This document shows, in pieces, positions 9,563 through 19,057 of a stretch of DNA of 64,000 nucleotides. The position numbers were made by a program, and so were the translations under genes. Origin of the DNA: an uncultured Clostridia bacterium (GTDB taxonomy: Bacteria; Bacillota; Clostridia; TANB77; CAG-508); contig CAKOXV010000003.1 of NCBI GenBank assembly GCA_934130355.1, forward strand, positions 2,655-66,654, given 5' to 3'. The stretch's first letter is position 1, and every line of letters starts with the position of its first letter. The notes under the pieces are model-generated. The model saw only the letters and a list, made by a program, of their open reading frames with translations. It made no database searches and was not told the DNA's origin.

Positions 9563-9595
9563 AGGTTCAAACACTTCCGACTTACCCCAATATCT

Positions 9596-10627
9596 TTAAA
9601 TTATCTTATCTATCACATACTCAGCTGGAAACAACTTTTTTTCTAGATTATACGTATTTGCAATTTTTATATAACCATTATGTCCAGCTAAATATTTTTT
9701 AGCTTCTTTACTTGTTATCTCCCCATTCTTTATCTTATATTGAAGTTTTTTTACCTTCTTTTTTAGTCTTTTTTTTCCATTTGTTCTTATTTTCAATCTA
9801 TATGGATTAATTTTATATCCACAAAAATTAACTCCTTGTTTGTTTTTAAAAATTTGCGTTTTGTCATTCAACTCCAAATCTAATTTTTCTTTTAAAAAAT
9901 TTTCCATTTGTAATAGAACTTCTTTTGCCTCTTTTTTAGTTTTTACTAATGCTACACTATCATCCATATATCTATAATAGTACTTCAAATGTAATTCTTG
10001 TTTTACAAAGTAATCAAATTCATTTAAATATATATTTGCAAAAGTTTGACTAGTATAGTTCCCTATCTCTATTCCCTTTTTTCTAGGTTGTTTATATAAT
10101 ATCTCCTTTATTAACCACATTAATTTTTTATCTTTTATTCTTTTTTCAAGTATATTTATTAATATATCTTTATCAATACTATTAAAAAATTTCGAAACAT
10201 CTGTCTTGATTATATAATATTCTCCCCATATTCGTTCACATTTTTTCATTGCCTTTTGAAGATCTAAACAAGCTTTGTGAGTTCCTTTTCCTTTTATACA
10301 AGCATACGAAGTATCAATAAATGATTTAACAAATGTATCCATCAAAAAGTAGTCTACTATCCATTTATGTACTATTCTATCTATATATCTTGCTTTTTCT
10401 ATTTTTCTTAGCTTCGGCTCTGACACATAAAAAGAAGTATATCCACCATGTATATATGTTCCACTTTTAAGTTGTATATATAACCACTTTATATATTCTT
10501 CTTGTTTTAAATTAAATTTTATGACTTCATCTTTTCTTCTTTTTCCTTTTTCAGAATCTCTATGTGCTTTTAATAAATTTTCGTATGTTAGCATTTCATC
10601 AAATTTGTTTCTAATTGTTTTGGGCAT
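9596..10627 (-). CDS. DGR reverse transcriptase
   Basis: 343 aa. Has an RT palm with YMDD and the DGR-typical IGNYTSQtFANiYL motif. Flanked by avd and the TR. Confidence 0.92.
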   Translation of the reverse strand: MPKTIRNKFDEMLTYENLLKAHRDSEKGKRRKDEVIKFNLKQEEYIKWLYIQLKSGTYIHGGYTSFYVSEPKLRKIEKARYIDRIVHKWIVDYFLMDTFVKSFIDTSYACIKGKGTHKACLDLQKAMKKCERIWGEYYIIKTDVSKFFNSIDKDILINILEKRIKDKKLMWLIKEILYKQPRKKGIEIGNYTSQTFANIYLNEFDYFVKQELHLKYYYRYMDDSVALVKTKKEAKEVLLQMENFLKEKLDLELNDKTQIFKNKQGVNFCGYKINPYRLKIRTNGKKRLKKKVKKLQYKIKNGEITSKEAKKYLAGHNGYIKIANTYNLEKKLFPAEYVIDKII

Positions 10628-10964
10628 AATATTTTATTAATCCTCCTAATATTTTGCCAATTTCATATAACTTATTCATTGCTACCTCAAATTTATGAGA
10701 ATCAATCCATTTATGCTTATTCATAACTCTTAATAAAATTCTTTGCACATCTAATTTTGTATCTATTTTATTCAAATAGAATAATCTCCTCTTGCTTTCT
10801 GCTTTTGGCACATATAAAATATCTTCTAATGTTGCATACATTAATTGTTTAAATTCATTTCCAATACTAAATTTTTCTGTTCTTGGAAGAATCAATATTA
10901 CATTTATCATATATTCCATATAATCTTCAAAAGCAGGAATTAATTGTAATTGATTTTGTGCCAT
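10611..10964 (-). CDS. avd: DGR accessory variability determinant (Avd, four-helix-bundle family)
   Basis: 117 aa, helical and basic. It sits between target and RT and overlaps the RT start by 17 nt, as is typical for avd-rt. Confidence 0.8.
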   Translation of the reverse strand: MAQNQLQLIPAFEDYMEYMINVILILPRTEKFSIGNEFKQLMYATLEDILYVPKAESKRRLFYLNKIDTKLDVQRILLRVMNKHKWIDSHKFEVAMNKLYEIGKILGGLIKYYAQNN

Positions 10965-10990
10965 TTTTTCCCCTTATTCTAATTTATATT

Positions 10991-11010
10991 AGGTGGGTTC
11001 ACACCCACCT
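10991..11010 (-). promoter_or_regulatory. GC-rich stem-loop downstream of VR (candidate DGR homing hairpin and/or terminator)
   Basis: aggtgggt-tcac-acccacct: an 8-bp perfect stem with a 4-nt loop, in an otherwise very AT-rich spacer 53 nt past the target stop codon. Confidence 0.55.
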
Positions 11011-11062
11011 TTTATATATTTTATATTTTTTTAATTTTTTCAGTGTTCACTAATCCAGTGTT

Positions 11063-14000
11063 CTACTTTACATAAAGTGTGAAACGCGAACCTATACTGT
11101 AATTAGTATAGGTAGATGTACTGTAAAAGCGAAAGCTGGCCGTATAATTACTATACATACTATAATAACCACCGCGGTACACTCGGTACGTAGAGGCGTT
11201 CGCCTCTTGAGTCCATTCTAGAACGTTTGAACTAATATCAAACATATTATTTATGTAATCACTTCCATATTTTCCAGTTACAGCTCTAGAGTTTTCATGA
11301 TTTCCTATTACTGTATGAACTTTATTTGCTTCTTCTCCTGTCAGTACCCAGTTAAGCATTGCATCCCATTGACTACCAAAAATCATTGTTGATACTACAT
11401 CTGAATCACCTGAATATGGATTATTACTATTTATTCCACTTTCTTGATAATAATACATATTATACCAATTAGTACTTGCCATTGGTGTTTGTCCCTTCGT
11501 AGAACTTATTATTCCTTTAGATGGTAGCGATGTTTCATATCTCGCTATCCAAAATCCTCCATATTTTTCAACTGATTTTACCATGTCTGTATATTCTTTG
11601 TTCATATATTCTCCAAATTCATTTACAGAATTAAAACCTAATATGTTTTTATAATAATTTTCAGAAGCATCATACAATGTTCCACTATTTATATACTTCC
11701 AGCCTAATTGTGAATTACTTCCAGTAATTAAACTTATTTCTCTGTAACCAGTAGAAGTTCCTACTAAATTTCCTGTAGATCTTACATAAGATCCTGTTTT
11801 ATAGCCCATTGCAAAATTATATAAAATTCCTTCATAATAACTTGAATCTGTTGTTGCATAATCACCTTGTAACCTTGCCATTGGCTTATATGTATTTGTA
11901 CTTGAACTACTACTTGCTAATTCTTTACTTCTAGATGTATCATATATTGCATCTTTTACAGGAACCCATACAAATTCATCACCATTTGTTATAGAATTTC
12001 CTTTATTATCTTTCATTCTTTTTATTACTAAACCATTTTTTATCTCATTATACAAATTGTTAACTGCAAATCCTGCAGGTATTGTTGCTTTGTCTCCATT
12101 TGAATTTGAATATTCTGTTTTGGTTTCGTAAATTTCCGAATAAGTTTCTAATTCACTTACATTAAAACTATATATTGAAGTTCCTAAGTTTACTATAGTT
12201 TCATTTCCATCTTCATCTGTTACTTTTTCAGTTCTTTCTAGAATATTTACACCATCAGTTACTCGTGCATATACAATGTCTCCAACTGATAATCCATCTA
12301 CTTGTACACCAGTTTGAGGATTTACTAAAGTAGTCTTTAACCATGTTCCATTTTCATTGTAATTTGCTCCCTGTTTTCCTATTTGATATTCTATATAATA
12401 ATTTTTAATTTCATTAAATGAGTCTTTAAAGTCTAAATATATCGTTCCATTTCCTTCTGTTCCATATACTGCATCTTCATATATTTCAGATGTATCTATT
12501 TTTGTTATTGTAGTTGTTGCTGTTCCTAAATCTATCTGTGCTGTTTTTCCTGTATGATCATATACTGTAACCTTCATGTCATAAGTTGTACCTTCATTTA
12601 ATACTTCATAAGTAAAAGTATTTCCATAATTCGTATAATCTTTATAATTAATATAATTTCCAGATTCATCTGTTGTACTACTTATACTATATACATATTT
12701 TTTTATACCTGAGCCTACTTTACTAATTTTTTGTTCTTGATTATCTTCTGTTTCATTTGTATTGTCTGGATCATAAGCTGTAACTTTTACTGTTATGCTA
12801 TTTGATGTTGTATATGGTTCAATATAAATTATATTTCCATCTTTATCTATTCCATTTTCTCTTTTTGTTAAACTTGGATTAACATTATCAGTTTCATCAA
12901 TGACGTATAAAGCCATTCTTGTTCCATAATATGCTGATGTTCCTCCAGCATCATATACTATACATGAGATTGAAGAACTATTTGAATTATAGTTTCCACC
13001 TCTCAATATTTTGGCGTAATTCGAATATGCTCCCATAGTAAATTCTGATACATTTCCTGATAAATCAAATATATTATTTATAATATCTGTCGTTGTTTTT
13101 CCTGTATTAGCAATTGCTGTATGATATCCAATTGTTGTATCTGTTAGTAAATTACTATTATCATTTCTATATATCCAATTTAGCATTGCACTATATTGAG
13201 AATTCCACATCATGCTTGATACTACACTTTTGGAATTATAATATGGATTAGTTGAATATCTATTACTATCTTGATAATAATTCATATTATACCAAGAAGC
13301 ATTTCTATATGGTGTTTTATTTTGCTGTGATTGAACCTTTGTACCATTTACACTTGTTTCATATCTAGCTATATAAAACCCTCCATATTTCTCTACCGAA
13401 TTTATCATATTATAATATTCTTCATTCATGTATTTTCCAAACTCTTCTGCTGAATTATACCCTGCTCTTGTTTTATAATAAAATTTAGTTGTATCCCTAT
13501 TGGCAGTTTTTATTATAGTATTCTCTATATCCCAAGTAAGTATAGCTGAACCAGCAGTATTACCTGTTACTAAAGATGGTTCTCTATAATTATATGTTCC
13601 CATTTTATATGACAAATTGTATGAAAACACTCCTGTATTTGATATTGCATAATAAATTCCCTCATAATATTTACTATTTTTTCCTGTTTGGTACATAGCC
13701 ATTGGAGTATAATTCTCTGTAATACTTGTAGAGGAATTTTTTATAGCATTTGGTACTGGTACCCACACAAATTGATTTCCACTACTATCTTGTATTACTA
13801 ATCCATTTTTTATTGTATTTATCGAACTTGATACTCCAACACTAAATCCAGCTGGTATATATGCTATATCCTTGTTCGTATCTTCATATCTACTTGTTGT
13901 TGAATATTCACTTGAAAATTCTTCTGAATAGCCATCTAAATAAAATACAACATAATCCTCTTGTTCATTACCATTACTATCTGCAAGTTTAGCAAGTATT

Positions 14001-17000
14001 ACATTTGTATCAGATAAGTTTTGTACTACATTTCCTATGTTCCAAGAGCTAGAATCAAAATTAGTTTTTTCTTCTAAATCTGCTGCACTTTCTAGCACCT
14101 TATATTTAATATTAAATCCTGACTCTTCATATACACTTCCCATTGCAAGTATTGCTACACAATTTGGGTTTGTTCCATAAAAACTTCTAATATATAAATC
14201 ATTACTTGAAATATTCATTGAATTTGTATTTACACTTTTTATAATATATCCACTTTCATTTCCAACTTCATCTGAAACTTTTACTCTTATATAATATAAT
14301 CTTGATTGATGTAAATTTTCAAAAGTATATGTATTTGAAGTTGTAATAATTTCATCTTCCCATGTTGTTCCATCACTTGATAATGAAATTGAATAATAAT
14401 ATTTTCCAATGTCTGAATCGTCTTCTATGTTAATTATATCTACCTTTATATTATTTACACCTGATGTTGTTTTTACATCAAATGTTGGTGCCGTTTTATC
14501 TGACGAATCTAATAAATATAATGCCATTCTTGAACCATACGCTTCTGCACTATCTGTTGGATATACATTTGTTTTTGCAATTACAGATTTTCCCGTAACA
14601 TTTGAAAAATACGCTCCTCCTCTAGCTAATCTATAACTGTAAGAGTTTGATTCAACAGTTTCTTCATAGACATTTGAGATTAAATCATAAATATTACTAA
14701 TTTTGTCATTTTCGTAACTTCCTGCTGTTGCAATATTTCCTGTTTTATTTCCATATAATAAACTTGTAGATGTAACTTTAGATTTATCATTTCCCTGTAG
14801 AGCAAAACTTATCATTGCATCATACTGACTTCCTGTTATCATAGATGATTTTAAAACAGTTGAATCATAATATGTATTATTTTCGTTTAATTTATTATTT
14901 TGTGCTTTATATAAATCATACCATGTTTGATTATTTAAAATATTCTCTCCTGCTTTTGATCCAACTTTTCCTGTTGCATTTATTGTTGTTTCATATCTAC
15001 CTACTAGGAAACCTCCATTTCTATCTACTGACTTAACCATTTTTGTATATTCAGAATTTAAATAGCTTCCAAAATCATTAATTGATTCAAATCCTAAAAT
15101 ATCTTTGTAATTTAAATCAACTACATCATACAAGGTTCCTACTGGATTAGTAACGTTCCAAGTATATTTATCACTAGAACTACCAGTAATCAATGCTGGT
15201 TCTATGTTACTTGAACCACCCAAACGATAACCTGTACTTGTAACATTTCCAGTTGCTGTAGTACCACTAAAAGAATAGAATATTTTTTCAAAATAATCAG
15301 TGTTTCCATTTTGGGTTCTTACCATTGGAGTATAATATTTCGATGTTGATAATGAAGTTGCTGTTTCATTATAAATCGCATTATTAACTGGTATCCACAC
15401 AAACTCATTGCTATTTTCATCTTCTAATACAAGACCACCTAATACTGTATTTTCAGAAGAATCATTAGATACCTTAAATCCTTTAGGCACTGTTGCTGTA
15501 AAATATTCACTATCAATGTATGTTTTATTTTCATCTGCAATAGTTCCTGAATCTATTGATTCATTTGCTATTGTTATAGTTTTATTTTTGCTTCTTGTTA
15601 ATGTTCCTTGAGTATTGTTTGCTAATTGAACACATATAGTACTATATATTTGATATTCTCGTGGTTGACTAATTGTTACTTTCTCATTATATGTACTTGA
15701 TGTCATTATTAAATCATATTCATCTGTTTTTACGTTTTTCATATAATAATTGTATGTTAATGTATTTGAATTATATGTTGATGTTGCAACTTGTATTTCT
15801 GATGTATTTACAGAATATGTTAATATATTAAAATTAGCTATTGTCATTTGTCTAACTTGTGTTTCTGTTAATGTTGGATAATTTACTTTCATTGCATTTA
15901 TTACATTATATGTTGCCCAGTTTGTTGAAGTATTTGTACCATCATATAGTTTAACATATAAGATATCTCCATGTTCTAATCCTACAACTTTTGTTCCTGA
16001 TTCAACAGCATCACTCCAATATGAATTTGCTAGTTCTAATGTTCCATTTGCCTTTACTATTTGGTACTTCATTTTATAATTTGTTGTTGTCTTTAGAGTT
16101 ACTGTTTGTATATTACTACTCCAAAATCCATTTGTAAAAGTAATTTCTGAATTATCGTTATCAACTACTAATTCTAGTGTTTTAATTGATGCTTCTGTTG
16201 TATTTACTCTTCCTGCAACATCCTGTGTTTCAACCTTTATATAATATGTTTTATTATGTTCCAAGTTTGAGAATGTATATTTTGTATTTATTGTTTCTAC
16301 TGGTGTTTCACTATATACACCTTCTTGTGTACCTATATAATATTTATAATTTCCTGTTAGACCTGATTCTGTGTCTTCACTAGAAATAACAACTGTTATA
16401 GATTTTGTGTCACTAGATAAATTGGTTATTTCTAATTTGGGTTCTGTTACATCAATTTTTGATATAACTTCTCCTCTTGATATGTTACCAACTTTGTCTT
16501 TTATATACACATAATATTGTTTATTGTACAATAAATTATTTCCTAAATAGTCTTTTGTTACATCACAATTTAAACTATTTGTATTTGAAACACTTGTAAA
16601 ACTTACTTTTGTGATATCTTCAACTTCTGTATCTGTTATAAAATATCCAACAATTCCAGATCCTGTATCTTTTCCTGTTATTGTTACTTTATCATAGTCT
16701 GATACTACATTTACTGTTGGTGCAACTTTATCAATATTATTTACATTAATATTTCCTGTTATTTGATTACTTCCATCTTGCAATATATAACTTACAATTG
16801 CATTTTCATAAATTTCAATTCCTGTTATTTTATTATATGAATAACTTGTTGTTCCTCCTAAATTATATGCAAGTGTTGCATCTCCTAAATCACAAAAATT
16901 TATTATTGTTTTTGTACTTGTCCACACTGCTAAATCTGGTGTTGTTTCATAAGTTAAATTTAATGTTTTAAATTCTTGTGATGAAACATTTCCTACTACA

Positions 17001-17944
17001 TCTTTTACCCATAAATAATATGTAGTATTAGTATTTAGATTATTAATATATGTTTCTAAATTTGTAGTAGCTATATCCAATATATTTGTATAAGTTTCAG
17101 GTTCTTTGTTTGTTGTTGTTACTGTATATTCTTTTATTCCTGATTTGTTATCTGATAAATCTATTTTTACTCTAGCAAAACTTGGTGTTACTTCATTTAT
17201 TGTTGGTTTTATATTGTCTATTTTATCAATTTTAAATATGCTTGTTATAGTATTTCCTGATGAATTTTCTGCTGAAGCATATATATAATATACTGTATCT
17301 ATTTCTTCTTTTACTATTGTTATTTTATCGGCATTTTCAAATGTAGCACTTGCTATAGCCTCTTCTTCTGTTTTGCCATAACCAGCTTTTGTATTATATT
17401 TGTATTCACCAACATAGCTTATTGTTGCTGTTACATCCCCTGTTAAAAACTCTGAATCATTATCAATAGTAATCTTTATATCTCCCAAAATTACACTAAT
17501 CATTTTTGATGTTTTTACAATTTGTTTTTGTTCTCCTATTTCAGAAACATATTTGATTTTTACCCATAAATAATAAGTTCCAATTTCTGCATTTTCTTTA
17601 GTAATCTCTTTTTCGTCATTGTTAAAATCAAATTCCATATAGTTTTCGTCAGTTGGAGCATCATTTGAGGTTGTCCAGGCGTAATACGAATTAATTTGAA
17701 TATTATATATGTTTGTCAAAGTTACTTTACTTGATATTGTTGTTTTATCATCATTTGTTGAAACATTATATGTATTCTCATTATTTTTTATTGCAAAATC
17801 TAATGTTCCTGCATTTGATGGTGGTGCATGAACTTCCACATCAATTGATTTATTTAAAACATATCTTGCATAAGATATTGTTACAATTGATGCTATTAAA
17901 ATTGCAAAAATAAATGTCAACTTTATTTTATTTTTTAACTTCAT
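11063..17944 (-). CDS. giant (2293 aa) secreted multidomain adhesin-like protein; DGR variable protein with a C-terminal C-type-lectin/FGE-like fold
   Basis: The N-terminal signal ends ...TISYARYVLNKS. There are multiple Ig/Fn3-like repeats (xxPT..., SGI/SGL, YY.WVKD..GN). Three paralogous modules of about 340 aa each end in RGG...G(S/T)R(M/F)(A/T)LY(V/L). The last 117 bp before the final codons are the VR. Confidence 0.9.
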   Translation of the reverse strand: MKLKNKIKLTFIFAILIASIVTISYARYVLNKSIDVEVHAPPSNAGTLDFAIKNNENTYNVSTNDDKTTISSKVTLTNIYNIQINSYYAWTTSNDAPTDENYMEFDFNNDEKEITKENAEIGTYYLWVKIKYVSEIGEQKQIVKTSKMISVILGDIKITIDNDSEFLTGDVTATISYVGEYKYNTKAGYGKTEEEAIASATFENADKITIVKEEIDTVYYIYASAENSSGNTITSIFKIDKIDNIKPTINEVTPSFARVKIDLSDNKSGIKEYTVTTTNKEPETYTNILDIATTNLETYINNLNTNTTYYLWVKDVVGNVSSQEFKTLNLTYETTPDLAVWTSTKTIINFCDLGDATLAYNLGGTTSYSYNKITGIEIYENAIVSYILQDGSNQITGNINVNNIDKVAPTVNVVSDYDKVTITGKDTGSGIVGYFITDTEVEDITKVSFTSVSNTNSLNCDVTKDYLGNNLLYNKQYYVYIKDKVGNISRGEVISKIDVTEPKLEITNLSSDTKSITVVISSEDTESGLTGNYKYYIGTQEGVYSETPVETINTKYTFSNLEHNKTYYIKVETQDVAGRVNTTEASIKTLELVVDNDNSEITFTNGFWSSNIQTVTLKTTTNYKMKYQIVKANGTLELANSYWSDAVESGTKVVGLEHGDILYVKLYDGTNTSTNWATYNVINAMKVNYPTLTETQVRQMTIANFNILTYSVNTSEIQVATSTYNSNTLTYNYYMKNVKTDEYDLIMTSSTYNEKVTISQPREYQIYSTICVQLANNTQGTLTRSKNKTITIANESIDSGTIADENKTYIDSEYFTATVPKGFKVSNDSSENTVLGGLVLEDENSNEFVWIPVNNAIYNETATSLSTSKYYTPMVRTQNGNTDYFEKIFYSFSGTTATGNVTSTGYRLGGSSNIEPALITGSSSDKYTWNVTNPVGTLYDVVDLNYKDILGFESINDFGSYLNSEYTKMVKSVDRNGGFLVGRYETTINATGKVGSKAGENILNNQTWYDLYKAQNNKLNENNTYYDSTVLKSSMITGSQYDAMISFALQGNDKSKVTSTSLLYGNKTGNIATAGSYENDKISNIYDLISNVYEETVESNSYSYRLARGGAYFSNVTGKSVIAKTNVYPTDSAEAYGSRMALYLLDSSDKTAPTFDVKTTSGVNNIKVDIINIEDDSDIGKYYYSISLSSDGTTWEDEIITTSNTYTFENLHQSRLYYIRVKVSDEVGNESGYIIKSVNTNSMNISSNDLYIRSFYGTNPNCVAILAMGSVYEESGFNIKYKVLESAADLEEKTNFDSSSWNIGNVVQNLSDTNVILAKLADSNGNEQEDYVVFYLDGYSEEFSSEYSTTSRYEDTNKDIAYIPAGFSVGVSSSINTIKNGLVIQDSSGNQFVWVPVPNAIKNSSTSITENYTPMAMYQTGKNSKYYEGIYYAISNTGVFSYNLSYKMGTYNYREPSLVTGNTAGSAILTWDIENTIIKTANRDTTKFYYKTRAGYNSAEEFGKYMNEEYYNMINSVEKYGGFYIARYETSVNGTKVQSQQNKTPYRNASWYNMNYYQDSNRYSTNPYYNSKSVVSSMMWNSQYSAMLNWIYRNDNSNLLTDTTIGYHTAIANTGKTTTDIINNIFDLSGNVSEFTMGAYSNYAKILRGGNYNSNSSSISCIVYDAGGTSAYYGTRMALYVIDETDNVNPSLTKRENGIDKDGNIIYIEPYTTSNSITVKVTAYDPDNTNETEDNQEQKISKVGSGIKKYVYSISSTTDESGNYINYKDYTNYGNTFTYEVLNEGTTYDMKVTVYDHTGKTAQIDLGTATTTITKIDTSEIYEDAVYGTEGNGTIYLDFKDSFNEIKNYYIEYQIGKQGANYNENGTWLKTTLVNPQTGVQVDGLSVGDIVYARVTDGVNILERTEKVTDEDGNETIVNLGTSIYSFNVSELETYSEIYETKTEYSNSNGDKATIPAGFAVNNLYNEIKNGLVIKRMKDNKGNSITNGDEFVWVPVKDAIYDTSRSKELASSSSSTNTYKPMARLQGDYATTDSSYYEGILYNFAMGYKTGSYVRSTGNLVGTSTGYREISLITGSNSQLGWKYINSGTLYDASENYYKNILGFNSVNEFGEYMNKEYTDMVKSVEKYGGFWIARYETSLPSKGIISSTKGQTPMASTNWYNMYYYQESGINSNNPYSGDSDVVSTMIFGSQWDAMLNWVLTGEEANKVHTVIGNHENSRAVTGKYGSDYINNMFDISSNVLEWTQEANASTYRVYRGGYYSMYSNYTASFRFYSTSTYTNYSIGSRFTLYVK
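11076..11192 (-). repeat. DGR variable repeat (VR)
   Basis: Differs from the TR at 16 positions, each an A in the coding-strand TR. It encodes TYRVYRGGYYSMYSNYTASFRFYSTSTYTNYSIGSRFT. Confidence 0.93.
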
Positions 17945-17962
17945 TTTACTTCCCTTCTTTAT

Positions 17963-18472
17963 CTATTGCATATTCTTTTGAATAGAGTTTAGTTCTACAT
18001 TAAAACTTAAATCTTCATATAATGTTGAAGATGATTTAATAAATATTTTAAATTTATCTTCTTTTTTACTCTCATTACTTAAAGAATATGTATTTGTAGT
18101 TACTTGCTCTGAGTAAGAATTTATTCTTTCATCATATTTTGTGTCATCTATATCATTTATTTTTTGCCAAATGTAGGTTCCATTATAACCTTCTTTGTTT
18201 TTTATTGTTAAACTATAATCAACAGCTACTGATGTTATATTATTATCTTCATCATAATTTTTTACTGTAACTATTACATAAGGAATACCATTTATAATAT
18301 ATGAATCATTTTTATCAATATCTATATTACAAATCATTTCTCCTGAAGTTGTATTATATTTTACAGATATATTGTTAATATATGATGCATATACAATATT
18401 TGCTAAAATCAACACTACCGTTATAATTAAAAATACAATTATATATTTCTTTTTGTGTAGTAATTTTTTCAT
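17963..18472 (-). CDS. TasA/camelysin-like small secreted protein with a SipW-type signal (about 169 aa)
   Basis: Start set at MKKLLHKKKY, preceded by AGAAAGGGA. The signal ends ...NIVYASYINNIS, like its neighbours. Confidence 0.55.
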   Translation of the reverse strand: MKKLLHKKKYIIVFLIITVVLILANIVYASYINNISVKYNTTSGEMICNIDIDKNDSYIINGIPYVIVTVKNYDEDNNITSVAVDYSLTIKNKEGYNGTYIWQKINDIDDTKYDERINSYSEQVTTNTYSLSNESKKEDKFKIFIKSSSTLYEDLSFNVELNSIQKNMQ

Positions 18473-18497
18473 TTTTATTTCCCTTTCTGTTATTACT

Positions 18498-19032
18498 TTA
18501 ATTTGTTCTTTGTTCATCAGAAATATTTAAAGCTATTTTTATATCTTTTCCCATCCATTGTTCTGTTTCGTCAACAGTTGTGTAATTCCATTTCCAATAA
18601 ATATTTCTTATAACCTTATTTGTTCCAAGTTCAGTTATTCCAGTATATCCAGAGAACTCAACATTATATGAGCTATCAGTATATAATTTCATATTTTCAG
18701 GAATTTGTGAATTTATTGTGTCAAGTGAAATTGTATATCTAGTAGCTGTTTCAATATCTGAAAAATCCATTTCCAATTGTAGTATTCCATTACTTCCGTG
18801 GCACTAATTTATCTTTAGAATATAAATTAGCTGTTAATGTATTAGAAAGATCTAAATCTATGCTTGACAATTCATCAGTTATTTTAAAAGAAAATTTAGA
18901 AGTATTAATTTGTGCTTCTCCATTTGCAGTCATTCTATATTGTGAAAACGTGATTCCATGTATCAATAAAATTATAGCAATAGCATAATATAAAAACATT
19001 ATTTTAAATCTACTCTTTTTTTCTTGCTTCAT
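18498..19032 (-). pseudogene. TasA/camelysin-like secreted protein split by a +1 frameshift (extra base at 18798)
   Basis: The 80-aa ORF ends ...KDKLVPRK*. The +1 frame continues GSNGILQLEMDFS..., restoring the family motif (L/I)(V/A)PG(S/T)xG seen in paralogs (IIAPGTSGEYTF, TIAPNTSVEGNF, VIAPESKGTFEF). Confidence 0.7.
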
Positions 19033-19057
19033 TTTTTAATCCCTTCTTATTATTTGC

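Noticed and set aside
12880-14640. Internal module ends of the giant protein as additional VRs of the same TR.
   Set aside because: By eye there is no nucleotide-level match to the TR anchors (accaccgcggtacactcgg / gaaacgcgaacc). The similarity is only at the protein-motif level.
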